Origin: a virus
Taxonomy: Duplodnaviria > Caudoviricetes
DNA: 64,000 nt
IMG/VR virus record: IMGVR_UViG_3300013121_000041
Span: 32,001-96,000 of that record
Reading direction: 5' to 3' (one strand)
Shown: positions 38,644 to 47,823 of the stretch, piece after piece
Numbering within the stretch: position 1 is the first letter of the stretch
Layout of the letters: each line of letters starts with the position of its first letter
Translations under genes and position numbers: made by a program
The notes under the pieces: model-generated
Seen by the model: only the letters and a program-made list of their open reading frames with translations
What the model was told of the DNA's origin: nothing
Databases searched by the model: none

Positions 38644-39738
38644 ATGGAACTGGCAGTCGCTTTGAAGCGTCATTACAAGCGGGACGTCATCGATCAGAAT
38701 GACGTTGAAAAATTCATCGCTGAAAACGGGATCGACGCCAAGAAGGCGTGGAAGTCTCTCTCTTCGTATCGGAAGCAGAAGACGGTCGATCTCACTGACA
38801 TTGAGGGTTCGATGATCGAAGAATACGCTGAACAGATGTACGTCCCCGAAAAGGAAGACCTGTACGTCGTCACGACGTATCACAACGAGATCAAGAACAT
38901 CATCGAGTCGAAGATTTTCTTTCCGACCATGATCACCGGACCTTCCGGTGTGGGAAAGACGATGACCGTCAGGCAGGTGTGTGCGGAACTCGGTCGTGAG
39001 ATGATTCGCGTCAACATCACGATCGAAACCGACGAGGACTCCCTGATGGGTGGGTTCCGTCTCGTGAACGGTTCGACCGCGTTTCACAAAGGTCCTGTCA
39101 TCACCGCCATGGAACGTGGTGCCGTCCTCGTTCTCGACGAGTACGATCTGGGATCGCCGACCCGGATGATGTGCCTTCAGTCGATCATGGAAAATCAGGG
39201 CTACCTGATCAAACGGACGGGTGAACTCGTGAAGCCCGCTCCGGGGTTCATGATCTTCGCCACGGCCAACACGAAGGGCGCGGGTGACGTTGACGGCCGT
39301 TACATCGGAACGCAGATTTTCAACGAAGCGGCCCTCGACCGCTTTCCCTGCACGATCACCGCCGACTACCCGTCGCGGGAACACGAGAAAGGCGTCCTTG
39401 AACGGGCTTTCTCGGCGTATAACGTCGATGATGCGGGGAAGATTGAACTTCTTTTGAACTGGGTGGAGCAGGTTCGAAAATTGGGTGAAAAGAACGCTAA
39501 TCTCCGCGATCTGTCGATTTCCACCCGTCGCCTCGTGGACATCAGCAAGGCCGCCAAAATCTTCGGGGGAGACCTTCGGGCGGCGATCGAGGCTTGCATC
39601 AACCGATATACGGAGGATCAGGTCGTTTCTTTAATGAAAGTCTACGATTCCTTGATTCCGACCACCGACACTCCGGAGGCTAAACCCAAGCGTCGGACCA
39701 AGTTGGATGAGACCCTTGAATCGCTCGAAGCGTGGTGA
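38644..39738 (+). CDS. CobS/MoxR-like AAA+ ATPase
   Basis: GPSGVGKT, ETDEDSLMGG, LDE, TANTKG, NEAALDRF. Confidence 0.88.
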   Translation: MELAVALKRHYKRDVIDQNDVEKFIAENGIDAKKAWKSLSSYRKQKTVDLTDIEGSMIEEYAEQMYVPEKEDLYVVTTYHNEIKNIIESKIFFPTMITGPSGVGKTMTVRQVCAELGREMIRVNITIETDEDSLMGGFRLVNGSTAFHKGPVITAMERGAVLVLDEYDLGSPTRMMCLQSIMENQGYLIKRTGELVKPAPGFMIFATANTKGAGDVDGRYIGTQIFNEAALDRFPCTITADYPSREHEKGVLERAFSAYNVDDAGKIELLLNWVEQVRKLGEKNANLRDLSISTRRLVDISKAAKIFGGDLRAAIEACINRYTEDQVVSLMKVYDSLIPTTDTPEAKPKRRTKLDETLESLEAW

Positions 39739-39750
39739 TATAAGAAGATG

Positions 39751-39777
39751 AAAGGGGGCGGCTTCGCCCTCTTTTTT
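39751..39777 (+). terminator. rho-independent terminator
   Basis: GGGCG-gctt-CGCCC hairpin followed by a T run. Confidence 0.75.
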
Positions 39778-39787
39778 CAACTAACCG

Positions 39788-40663
39788 ATGGGAATATTTT
39801 CACAAATGCAGATCGATCTAGTCAAGCTGCGGTCGAAGAAAATGATGATCGCAACGCCGATGTACGGGGGACAGGGGCACGGTCTTTATTTTGATTCCAT
39901 GTTGAAATTGAAGTCTCTCGTGAGAGAATTGAATCTACCTGACTTCATTTTTTACTCTCAATTCTCGGAATCGCTCATCCCGCGAGCGAGAAACTACTGT
40001 GCGGCGGATTTTCTCGACACCAAGGCGACCCACCTCCTATTCATCGACGCCGACATCCACTTCAATCCGCAGGATGTGATCGCACTTCTGCACCTATCGG
40101 AACAGGACGGTCCATACGACGTTCTCTGTGGACCATATGCGAAGAAACACGTCGCATGGGAAAAAATCCGCGAGGCCGTGAACAAAGGGGTCGCCGATAA
40201 AGACCCGACTGTCCTAGAAAAGCTGGTCGGCGATTGTGTTTTCAATCCCATCAAGGGCGGTGAATTCAAGGTTTCGGAATTGATGGAAGTGGCGGAATCC
40301 GGCACCGGGTTCATGTTGATTAAACGCCACGTTCTGGAACGAATCGCCGAACAGAGGCCAGACCTACGATACAAGCCGGATCACGTCCGCTCGTCCTTCG
40401 ACGGGTCGAAGGAAATCACCTGTTTCTTCGATGCCGGTATCGATCCCGACAGTCGTCGCTACCTCAGCGAAGACTATTCTTTCTGTAAAATCGTCAGACA
40501 GCTTGGTATGAAAATCTGGATCGCCCCGTGGATGAAGACGATCCACATCGGGCAGATGTATTACCATGCCGACATCACTGCACAGAGTGCGTTGAACTTG
40601 ACGCCGACCGTCGATGCTGAAAAGATCGGCAAGAAACACCTCGCGTCGAAGGTGAAGAAATGA
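39788..40663 (+). CDS. GT-A glycosyltransferase-like protein
   Basis: ATPMYGG, ESLIPRARN, FIDAD, GTGFMLI, YLSEDY.FC. Confidence 0.8.
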   Translation: MGIFSQMQIDLVKLRSKKMMIATPMYGGQGHGLYFDSMLKLKSLVRELNLPDFIFYSQFSESLIPRARNYCAADFLDTKATHLLFIDADIHFNPQDVIALLHLSEQDGPYDVLCGPYAKKHVAWEKIREAVNKGVADKDPTVLEKLVGDCVFNPIKGGEFKVSELMEVAESGTGFMLIKRHVLERIAEQRPDLRYKPDHVRSSFDGSKEITCFFDAGIDPDSRRYLSEDYSFCKIVRQLGMKIWIAPWMKTIHIGQMYYHADITAQSALNLTPTVDAEKIGKKHLASKVKK

Positions 40664-40971
40664 CCGACGGAGATTTCAAATTTCGATTTGGCGAGGGGGA
40701 ATTGCTCGCTCGCGTCGAGGAATACGTGAGAAAAACTTACGGTCAACACTATGCGGCCGGGAATCACAAGATACAGGCCATTGAATTCATCATGGATTCG
40801 TGTGAAGGGGGGATCGATTTCCTGCGCGGTAATGCCTTGAAGTACATCGCTCGATGGGGGAAGAAGGACGGTCGCAACGAGAAGGACCTTTTCAAAGCGA
40901 TCCACTACATTATCCTCATGCACCACTATTCACAGAGAGACGAAAATGAAACTATCTCCGACGACAATTGA
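40660..40971 (+). CDS. DUF3310-like protein
   Basis: TYGQHY, GNALKY..R.GKK, DLFKA.HY. Confidence 0.8.
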   Translation: MTDGDFKFRFGEGELLARVEEYVRKTYGQHYAAGNHKIQAIEFIMDSCEGGIDFLRGNALKYIARWGKKDGRNEKDLFKAIHYIILMHHYSQRDENETISDDN

Positions 40972-41617
40972 AGTTCTCCAGTCGTTCGCTGGCATCAACA
41001 ACTCCATGTTGTTTTACGGTGGGACGAAACAGCGTATCCTCACACCGACGCAAACGCTCATCGCCGAAGTTGAGTTGGCAGATTCGTTTCCGATGGATTT
41101 CGGCATTTACGACCTGTCACAATTTCTCGGTCTGATCTCCCTGTTCAAGGACCCGGAATTTGAATTTGGTTCGGGGAACGTCACCATTCGTGAGGGTGGG
41201 CAGGAGGTCAATTATCGGTATTGTAATCCAGACTTGATCAAGACCATCCCGAAGGACAAGAACGTCGTCTTCGGAACGACGGCCGTGGCCATCACACTCA
41301 CCAGAGAAATTCTCAATCGGCTGATGAAGATGACCCGTCTTCTCGGGATCGACCACATTGCCATCGTCGGAGACGGAACGAAGATCGTTGCGAAGACGTT
41401 GAACCTAAAAGACCCCAACGCTTCGAACGCTTCGTTCGACGTCGGCGAGAGCGACCTTCGTTTTACGCTCGTCGTGTCGGCCGACAATCTGCGGATCATG
41501 CCGCATGATTATGACGTGAAGATTTCGAAAAGCAGTCTCCTGCGTTTCGAGTCCAAGACGATGCCCCTGACGTACACGATGTCGGCGGAGAAGAAACACT
41601 CGTCGTGGAGTGAGTGA
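40946..41617 (+). CDS. 45: sliding clamp gp45
   Basis: MKLS..T...L..FA.IN, FGIYDL.QFL. Confidence 0.93.
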   Translation: MKLSPTTIEVLQSFAGINNSMLFYGGTKQRILTPTQTLIAEVELADSFPMDFGIYDLSQFLGLISLFKDPEFEFGSGNVTIREGGQEVNYRYCNPDLIKTIPKDKNVVFGTTAVAITLTREILNRLMKMTRLLGIDHIAIVGDGTKIVAKTLNLKDPNASNASFDVGESDLRFTLVVSADNLRIMPHDYDVKISKSSLLRFESKTMPLTYTMSAEKKHSSWSE

Positions 41618-42555
41618 TGGACGTCCGTGAGACCATCTGGTTTCAGAAACATCGGCCGAAGACTATCGACGATTGCATCCTTCCGGCGGACCTCAAGGAC
41701 CTGTTCAAGAAGTTCGTCGCGAAGGGTGACATCCCCAATCTGATTTTTTCCGGGCCTTCCGGTGTCGGTAAAACGACCGTCGCGAGGGCGATGTTGGAGG
41801 AAATGGGATTGGAGTATTACTTCATCAACGCCTCGTTATCGGGAAACATCGACACTTTACGCAATGAGATCACCCAGTGGGCGTCATCCGTGTCGTTCAA
41901 TGGAAAACGCCGTTTCATCATCCTCGACGAGGCCGATCATCTGACGGGGGCGACGCAGGCGGCGTTGCGGGGGTTCATGGAAGAATTTTCCATGTCTTCG
42001 GGATTTTTGCTCACGTGCAACGCTCTCCCTCGAATAGTCGAACCAATCCAAGGACGTTGTGCGATCGTCCATTTCACCGTTCCCGACTCCGAGAAGAACG
42101 ACATGCTCAAGGCCACGGCTCAGGCTATGTTTAACGTTTTAGATATGGAGGGCGTCGATTACGATCCGAAGGCCGTCGTCAAACTCGTCAAGGGATTGTT
42201 CCCGGACGTTCGGCGGATCGTCAATGAATTGCAACGACACGCTTCGCGCGGACCCATCGATGATGGTGTTCTGGCGTCGTTGCGTGACGGCAAGATGGAG
42301 GAACTCGTCGGCGCGCTGAAACGGGGAAAGTTCAATGACATGCGCAAATGGGTGACGGATAACGCTGACGTCGAGTTTAACGTGTTGTGCGAACGTCTCT
42401 ACGGGGCCATCGTCAACGTGGCACAGCCGGAGTCCATTCCCGCTGCGATCATGATCCTCAATCGCCACGATTATCAACATTCTTTCGTCGCCAACAGGGA
42501 ATTGAACCTCGTGGCGATGCTCACGTCCCTGATGATCGAGGTTCAATTCAAATGA
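41614..42555 (+). CDS. 44: clamp loader large subunit gp44
   Basis: KHRPKTI.DCILP, GPSGVGKTT, DEAD. Confidence 0.95.
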   Translation: MMDVRETIWFQKHRPKTIDDCILPADLKDLFKKFVAKGDIPNLIFSGPSGVGKTTVARAMLEEMGLEYYFINASLSGNIDTLRNEITQWASSVSFNGKRRFIILDEADHLTGATQAALRGFMEEFSMSSGFLLTCNALPRIVEPIQGRCAIVHFTVPDSEKNDMLKATAQAMFNVLDMEGVDYDPKAVVKLVKGLFPDVRRIVNELQRHASRGPIDDGVLASLRDGKMEELVGALKRGKFNDMRKWVTDNADVEFNVLCERLYGAIVNVAQPESIPAAIMILNRHDYQHSFVANRELNLVAMLTSLMIEVQFK

Positions 42556-43019
42556 CCGGGGACATCCGCGCCGAGGACCTGATCGTCGATATGTCGGCGG
42601 ACGCCGATGAAGGCGGTCCGGTCATGAAAGCACCGTCGAAGAAAAAGAAGAAAGAGGGGCGTCGTCCATACTGGTTCTACACGGATTCCATCGATAAGGG
42701 TAATTATGAGTGGGATTCCGCTTCTGCCGTTGAGTACAATCAATTTGCCGTCGGGCAGCATTATTCCTTCTTCAAAGATACGGTCATGCTCGCAAACGTC
42801 ATGAACGTCACGCAAACTGACGTCCCTAAGAGACATTATGATTTCCTGTTTCATTCCGTTCCCCACAAGAAACGGTGGTATCCCGCAGAGGACAAAAAAC
42901 GTGGCGTCGTGGATCGAATTGACGAAATCAGTCACTTCCTCGAAGTGTCGCGGTCGCGTGACAATATTTCACCCACTCCCCTTGTGCCCGACCAGGGTCG
43001 CCACCACATCGTTACCTGA
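42552..43019 (+). pseudogene. 62: 3'-truncated copy of clamp loader small subunit gp62
   Basis: Closely similar to 43839-44324 up to ...SHFLEVS, then unrelated sequence. Confidence 0.75.
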
Positions 43020-43106
43020 AAGGTAACAAGGAAGCAAACAATGCCCTTTTCAAAGCGATCCACTACATCATCCTCATGCACCACTATTCACAGAGAGACG
43101 AACTTG

Positions 43107-43820
43107 ATGTGGCCATTTTTCACATTCTACGGCAGTAAATGGCGCGCTGCGCCGCGCTATCCATCTCCCGCCTATAGCACGATAATTGAGCCTTTTGCGG
43201 GCGCGGCAGGCTATGCCGTTCGACACTACGACCACGATGTCATATTGGTCGAGAAAGACCCTGAAATCGCAGCGTTGTGGCGCTACCTGATCGCGGCGAC
43301 CCGCACGGAGATCGAGGCGCTTCCGCTGATAGAAATGGATCAGTCAGTAAACGACTTGGCGGTCTCGCCAGCAGCGCGAACCTTGATCGGGTTTTGGTTA
43401 AACAAGGGAACCGCCTCGCCATGCAAGACGCCGGGCGCTTGGATGCGTGAGGGACTTAGACCGAAGTCGTTTTGGGGTCCTGAAATACGCGCCAGAATTG
43501 CGGATCAGGTGGATCGCATTTCACACTGGCGCGTGATTGAAGGTTCTTATGAGAACGCACCAGACATTAAGGCTACGTGGTTTATCGACCCTCCCTATAA
43601 GGGCGCGGGAAAGCTATATCGCCACAACTCCAAAAGCATAGATTTTGCCGATCTGGGTCGGTGGTGCCAAGAGCGGCGCGGTCAGGTCATGGTGTGCGAA
43701 AACGATGGAGCTGACTGGCTTCCATTCGAACCGTTCATTGAAATCAAATCGACCGAAGGAAAGCGCGGAAAGGCCAAGAGCCGTGAGGCCCTTTGGACTA
43801 GGGATAGCGGCAATGGGTGA
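43107..43820 (+). CDS. DNA N6-adenine methyltransferase (Dam/D12-like)
   Basis: YGSK, EPFAGAAG, IDPPY. Confidence 0.9.
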   Translation: MWPFFTFYGSKWRAAPRYPSPAYSTIIEPFAGAAGYAVRHYDHDVILVEKDPEIAALWRYLIAATRTEIEALPLIEMDQSVNDLAVSPAARTLIGFWLNKGTASPCKTPGAWMREGLRPKSFWGPEIRARIADQVDRISHWRVIEGSYENAPDIKATWFIDPPYKGAGKLYRHNSKSIDFADLGRWCQERRGQVMVCENDGADWLPFEPFIEIKSTEGKRGKAKSREALWTRDSGNG

Positions 43821-43838
43821 AAACCGAAGAGGCGTGAA

Positions 43839-44324
43839 ATGAGTGACGACGTTCGTGCCGAAGACCTGATCGTCGACCCATCGGCCTCTCAGGACGAAGG
43901 TGGGCCTGTCGTCAAGTCAACGCGGAAAAAGAAGAAAGAGGGGCGACGGCCCTATTGGTTCTACACGGATTCCATCGACAAGGGGAATTATTCATGGGAC
44001 GGTGCGTCGGACGGGGAGTACAACCAGTTTGCCGTCGGACACCATTACTCCTTCTTTAAGGACACCGTTCTACTCGCCAATATTTTGAACGTAACGCAGT
44101 CCGACGTTTCGAAACGGCACTACGACTTCCTGTTCCATTCCGTGGCCCATCGGAAGCGGTGGTATCCGGCGGAGAATAAAAAGCGGGGGGCGATCGACAG
44201 GATCGACGAGATCAGTCATTTCCTGCAATTATCTCACGCCCGCGCCGTGGAGTTCATCGGCATCCTCACGGAAGGACAGTACGTCGATTTAATTGCAAAA
44301 ATCGACGAGGGGGGTCGTTCATAA
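43839..44324 (+). CDS. 62: clamp loader small subunit gp62 (full length)
   Basis: YNQF, DTVLLAN..N, HYDFL, C-terminal GG; synteny. Confidence 0.85.
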   Translation: MSDDVRAEDLIVDPSASQDEGGPVVKSTRKKKKEGRRPYWFYTDSIDKGNYSWDGASDGEYNQFAVGHHYSFFKDTVLLANILNVTQSDVSKRHYDFLFHSVAHRKRWYPAENKKRGAIDRIDEISHFLQLSHARAVEFIGILTEGQYVDLIAKIDEGGRS

Positions 44325-44349
44325 ATACACCGTAACCATTCGGTGTGTG

Positions 44350-44808
44350 ATGAAAATTGATCCCCCTTCGGTGAAGGTCGCCTCGTTCATTCAGGTTCGT
44401 CTCGCGGCCCCCGACGATTTCCTGAAAGTGAGGGAGACCCTCACGCGAGTCGGCAGATCGTCGGTGCCGAAAAAGACGTTATGGCAGGCGTGCCACATCC
44501 TTCACAAACGGGGCAATTATTACATCGTCCATTTCAAGGAGATGTTGGGTCTGGACGGAAAGCAGATCATCCTCACGGAGGAGGACGTGGCGTGGAGGAA
44601 TACGATCGCCAACATGCTGGCGACGTGGGGCCTCGTCGAACTCGTTGATCCGCCGAAATCGGCGTTTCCGACGGTACCCATATCCAAAATAACGGTCCTC
44701 CCCTTCAAAGAGAAGGCCCGTTGGCGGATGGAATCGAAGTACACGGTCGGTCGTAAGGTGAAACAACGAGGTCCCCTGCACGATTTCGACGATTTCACCG
44801 CTATTTGA
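44350..44808 (+). CDS. regA: translational repressor RegA
   Basis: DDFLKVRETLTR.G, CHILHK.G.YYIVHFKE. Confidence 0.95.
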   Translation: MKIDPPSVKVASFIQVRLAAPDDFLKVRETLTRVGRSSVPKKTLWQACHILHKRGNYYIVHFKEMLGLDGKQIILTEEDVAWRNTIANMLATWGLVELVDPPKSAFPTVPISKITVLPFKEKARWRMESKYTVGRKVKQRGPLHDFDDFTAI

Positions 44809-44832
44809 TTTTTTCTCCCGGCGATATAAATA

Positions 44833-44884
44833 GTGGCGACTGGCCTACGGGCAGTCCATCATCTCGCTAGTATAGGAGAAAACC
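44833..44884 (+). promoter_or_regulatory. ROSE-like RNA thermometer leader, downstream of late promoter TATAAATA (44825)
   Basis: GACTG/CAGTC hairpin, then CTCGCT positioned to pair with the AGGAG SD. Confidence 0.6.
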
Positions 44885-45325
44885 ATGACTAAGAATTTTT
44901 TTGATTTTGGCGACGTCCTCAAGAATGATCGCTTCCTCATCGGATTTGACGACATCTTCAAACGGCTGTCTGATTTCAATACGACGGTCGCCAAGAACGT
45001 CGCCGACACGTATCCCCCGTTTAATATCAAGAAAATCGACGAAAATCACTTCGTCCTTGAGGTTGCCGCCGCCGGATTTGGGCGCAGTGACATCGACGTT
45101 CAGATCGATGGTGGAACCCTCACGATTTCCGGAAAGATGAAATCGGATGGAAAGGACGAGGATTATCTGTATCGGGGCATCGCTGGCAGGGCATTCACAA
45201 GGTCGTTCAGTCTCGCCGACACAGTGCAGATTAAAGACGCCGAGTTGTTTAACGGACTCCTCAAAGTCTATTTCGAGAACCTCGTTCCGTTAGCGAACGC
45301 AGCCCGCAAGATCGAGATCAAGTGA
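44885..45325 (+). CDS. small heat shock protein (Hsp20/IbpA-like)
   Basis: YPPFNI, AAAGF, YLYRGIA.R.F..SF, NGLL. Confidence 0.95.
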   Translation: MTKNFFDFGDVLKNDRFLIGFDDIFKRLSDFNTTVAKNVADTYPPFNIKKIDENHFVLEVAAAGFGRSDIDVQIDGGTLTISGKMKSDGKDEDYLYRGIAGRAFTRSFSLADTVQIKDAELFNGLLKVYFENLVPLANAARKIEIK

Positions 45326-45471
45326 TGAGAAAGTTCCTCGCACTTCTTCGAAAAATTTGGCGTCGGGCGTTCCCGACCGACCTCGATCGTTACATGCGTG
45401 GCGTCAAGACTCACAGTGACATCGAATATCGAATGGACAGGTTTCTTCGCGGAAGCCGTGGCTTTTCATGA
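45325..45471 (+). CDS. small protein downstream of hsp20
   Basis: MRKFLALL...DLDRYM...SDIEYRM; coupled to the hsp20 stop. Confidence 0.55.
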   Translation: MRKFLALLRKIWRRAFPTDLDRYMRGVKTHSDIEYRMDRFLRGSRGFS

Positions 45472-45480
45472 CGACGGCAG

Positions 45481-45511
45481 CCGGGGAGTTTTCTCCCCGG
45501 TTGACTTTTTT
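45481..45511 (+). terminator. terminator hairpin
   Basis: CCGGGGAG-tttt-CTCCCCGG followed by a T-rich tail. Confidence 0.7.
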
Positions 45512-45528
45512 AGAAAAAGCTGATACAC

Positions 45529-45789
45529 TTGACTCCTTCAACGGAGTGTATCATGATAGATAAATCTGAGATCGTCCTCGTCAAACGTGGAAAGCGGGAG
45601 ACGGAGACGCAGATCATTGAGGTCGATGGCATCGCCTGCGGCTTCAATGAAGACGGTTCGGTTACGATCGAACTGTACGGTGACGATCCCCGCTCGAACG
45701 GAGTTCGCGTCAGGATCGCCGCAGAAGACGTCAAATCGCAGATCGCCGTTTTTCAACGTTGGTCTCGTAACGGTGGGCTGGCACAGTAG
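45529..45789 (+). CDS. hypothetical protein
   Basis: ORF after sigma70-like promoter(s). Confidence 0.5.
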   Translation: MTPSTECIMIDKSEIVLVKRGKRETETQIIEVDGIACGFNEDGSVTIELYGDDPRSNGVRVRIAAEDVKSQIAVFQRWSRNGGLAQ

Positions 45790-45809
45790 GTGCAAACTAG
45801 TCCCACAGA

Positions 45810-46571
45810 ATGGAGAGAGAAATGATGAAACTACCAGAAGCGTTCCCAGATGGAACGGTCGTCGCCGTTGCTGGCGGCTCGAAGATGATTTCCCCCGGCA
45901 TGGGAGGAAATTTAGCGGTCTTGATCCTCGACGAATCGGGATCGATGGCATCGCAACGAAATGACACGATCGGTGGCGTCCGTTCATTCGTCGAAAATCT
46001 GGCGGATGGGACGTTGGTGACGATCGTGAATTTTTCATATCACAGTCGCAACGTTGTCGTCACACGGCCGAAAGGGTCCTTCTCTTTCGGTCCCGGAGAT
46101 TATAATCCGTCCGGTGGGACCGCGCTCAACGACGCCCTCTGTTCGACGATCCTCCGAACTAACGATCATCTCGCCAGTCTTCCGGCAAACGAGCGACCGT
46201 CCGTCGTCTTCTGCGTCGTGACGGACGGAGAGGAGAATTCATCCTCCAAATTTTCCACCGAAGCCGCGAGGAAGATGGTCGGAGAGTGTAAGGACGCCGG
46301 ATGGGGGTTCACGTTCCTCGGTGCCGACATCGATTCTTTTCAAAGTGGAGCGCAATATACGTTCTCCGCTCAGGCGACGGCGAACGTCTCGAAGGCGAAC
46401 ATCGGGGTCGGTCTCCGCAGTGCGTCGGCGTTCGCGAATCGATTCGGCTCGACTTACGCCAATTCCCTCGCGTCCGGCGATACGATCCATCAAGTGAGGG
46501 CGAATTGCGACGCCGTCGGTTATACCGATGAGGAGAGGACGAAGATGGGAGGCGGCCATGATAAGCGTTGA
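45810..46571 (+). CDS. VWA domain protein
   Basis: MIDAS DESGSM, GGTALND, TDGEENSS, FLGA. Confidence 0.85.
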   Translation: MEREMMKLPEAFPDGTVVAVAGGSKMISPGMGGNLAVLILDESGSMASQRNDTIGGVRSFVENLADGTLVTIVNFSYHSRNVVVTRPKGSFSFGPGDYNPSGGTALNDALCSTILRTNDHLASLPANERPSVVFCVVTDGEENSSSKFSTEAARKMVGECKDAGWGFTFLGADIDSFQSGAQYTFSAQATANVSKANIGVGLRSASAFANRFGSTYANSLASGDTIHQVRANCDAVGYTDEERTKMGGGHDKR

Positions 46572-47196
46572 TGTCCTCGTCAAAAATCGTCCGATCCGTC
46601 GTTACGTGGATCGTGCTGGAAATTCCTTCGTCGAAGGGCGGCGTGGTTCCGCCTACAAACTACACATACGAAACGGCGGTCTCGATCGCATCAAAGCCGT
46701 CGTCTCCGTCGATGGGTTGAATATCTTGACCGGCGACCACGTGTGGGATCGCGGGTACGTCGTCGAACCCAGATCGTCGATCGATGTCCCCGGCTGGCGG
46801 ATAGACCGACGCACCGCCGCCGAATTTGTTTTTGGCGACGTCCGTGAGGCATACGCGAGCGATCGTGAAAATTTCGGCGTCATTGGCGTCATGGCGTTCC
46901 GTGAAAATGTCCGGTATCCCCCATTGAGGGGAGGCATCATCTTTGTTAATACGTCATATTCGCCGTCGAGTCTCGGAACAGGATGGGGTGAGGAAGTCTC
47001 TTTCGAAACGAAGGAGACGACGCACCAATTCGAGGTCACACCGTTCGAAAGGGTCGTCGTGTATTATGATGATGCCAAGGGATTGGCTCGGCGGGGGATA
47101 ATCGTCGGGTGTGATCCCCTGCCTCAAGACCCGTTCCCGAATTACGTTGGAGATGATTATGGATGCAAACCCCCGCGAAGTCGAGGACGTGGTTGA
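46558..47196 (+). CDS. conserved hypothetical protein
   Basis: VSVDGLN..TG, GY.V, PGWR, GVIG...F.E. Confidence 0.7.
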   Translation: MISVDVLVKNRPIRRYVDRAGNSFVEGRRGSAYKLHIRNGGLDRIKAVVSVDGLNILTGDHVWDRGYVVEPRSSIDVPGWRIDRRTAAEFVFGDVREAYASDRENFGVIGVMAFRENVRYPPLRGGIIFVNTSYSPSSLGTGWGEEVSFETKETTHQFEVTPFERVVVYYDDAKGLARRGIIVGCDPLPQDPFPNYVGDDYGCKPPRSRGRG

Positions 47197-47427
47197 AGGA
47201 CGCAAGATTTTAGGCGTTCTATCTGCGATCGTCAGCACCGCGAAACTCGTCGGTGCTGGCGTCGCCGGTATTGCGGGCGTTCTCGTCGTGAATGACCGTA
47301 ACAATAGAAAGACCGAAGTGACGTGTCGATGTGATCGACAGTGGTTGGTGAAGACAGACAACGATGTACACAAGGTCATCGACAACAGTGAACAATATCG
47401 TCTGGAATTTATGCGGAGGAACGGCCG

Positions 47428-47628
47428 ATGAAAACGATCCGCGAATTTTATGATAAGTGTGAGTGGGAAGGTGGTCTTTCGGAGTTTGTATTTGGATATG
47501 GCGTCGATACGTCTGGATTTGTCGGGACGGACCTCGAAACGCTGATCGCTCCGATAGAGAAACTGAAAGCCGCAATGGAAGAACTTGAAACGGCCCTCGA
47601 AAAACTCGGGTATTTTGATTTGGAATAG
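47428..47628 (+). CDS. hypothetical protein
   Basis: GGAGG RBS upstream. Confidence 0.6.
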   Translation: MKTIREFYDKCEWEGGLSEFVFGYGVDTSGFVGTDLETLIAPIEKLKAAMEELETALEKLGYFDLE

Positions 47629-47631
47629 GGG

Positions 47632-47660
47632 TTGACGGCCGTCGAATCCCCCTGTATGAT
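47632..47660 (+). promoter_or_regulatory. sigma70-like promoter for the Y RNA/Ro60 unit
   Basis: TTGACG-17nt-TATGAT. Confidence 0.75.
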
Positions 47661-47666
47661 GTTCGA

Positions 47667-47732
47667 ACGATGGTGAAGTTAACGGATACTTCTGCTGTTG
47701 AAAGTAAGACGCCGTTAGCGCCCGTTCCTCGT
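47667..47732 (+). ncRNA. Y RNA-like ncRNA, copy 1
   Basis: GATGGTGAAGTTAACGG.TACTTC...CCGTTAGCGCC.GTTCCTC; located upstream of Ro60. Confidence 0.7.
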
Positions 47733-47742
47733 GTCAAATTTC

Positions 47743-47803
47743 GTGTGATGGTGAAGTTAACGGTTACTTCGCCTAAGATACCGTTAGCGCCAGTTCCTCA
47801 CAC
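47743..47803 (+). ncRNA. Y RNA-like ncRNA, copy 2
   Basis: Same conserved blocks as copy 1; compensatory terminal stem GTGTGA/TCACAC. Confidence 0.7.
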
Positions 47804-47823
47804 ACTACTTTGGGAGACGGCCG

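Noticed and set aside
47667-47803. CRISPR mini-array
   Set aside because: Only two units, an internal variable loop rather than spacers, and no cas genes. Adjacency to Ro60 explains it better.
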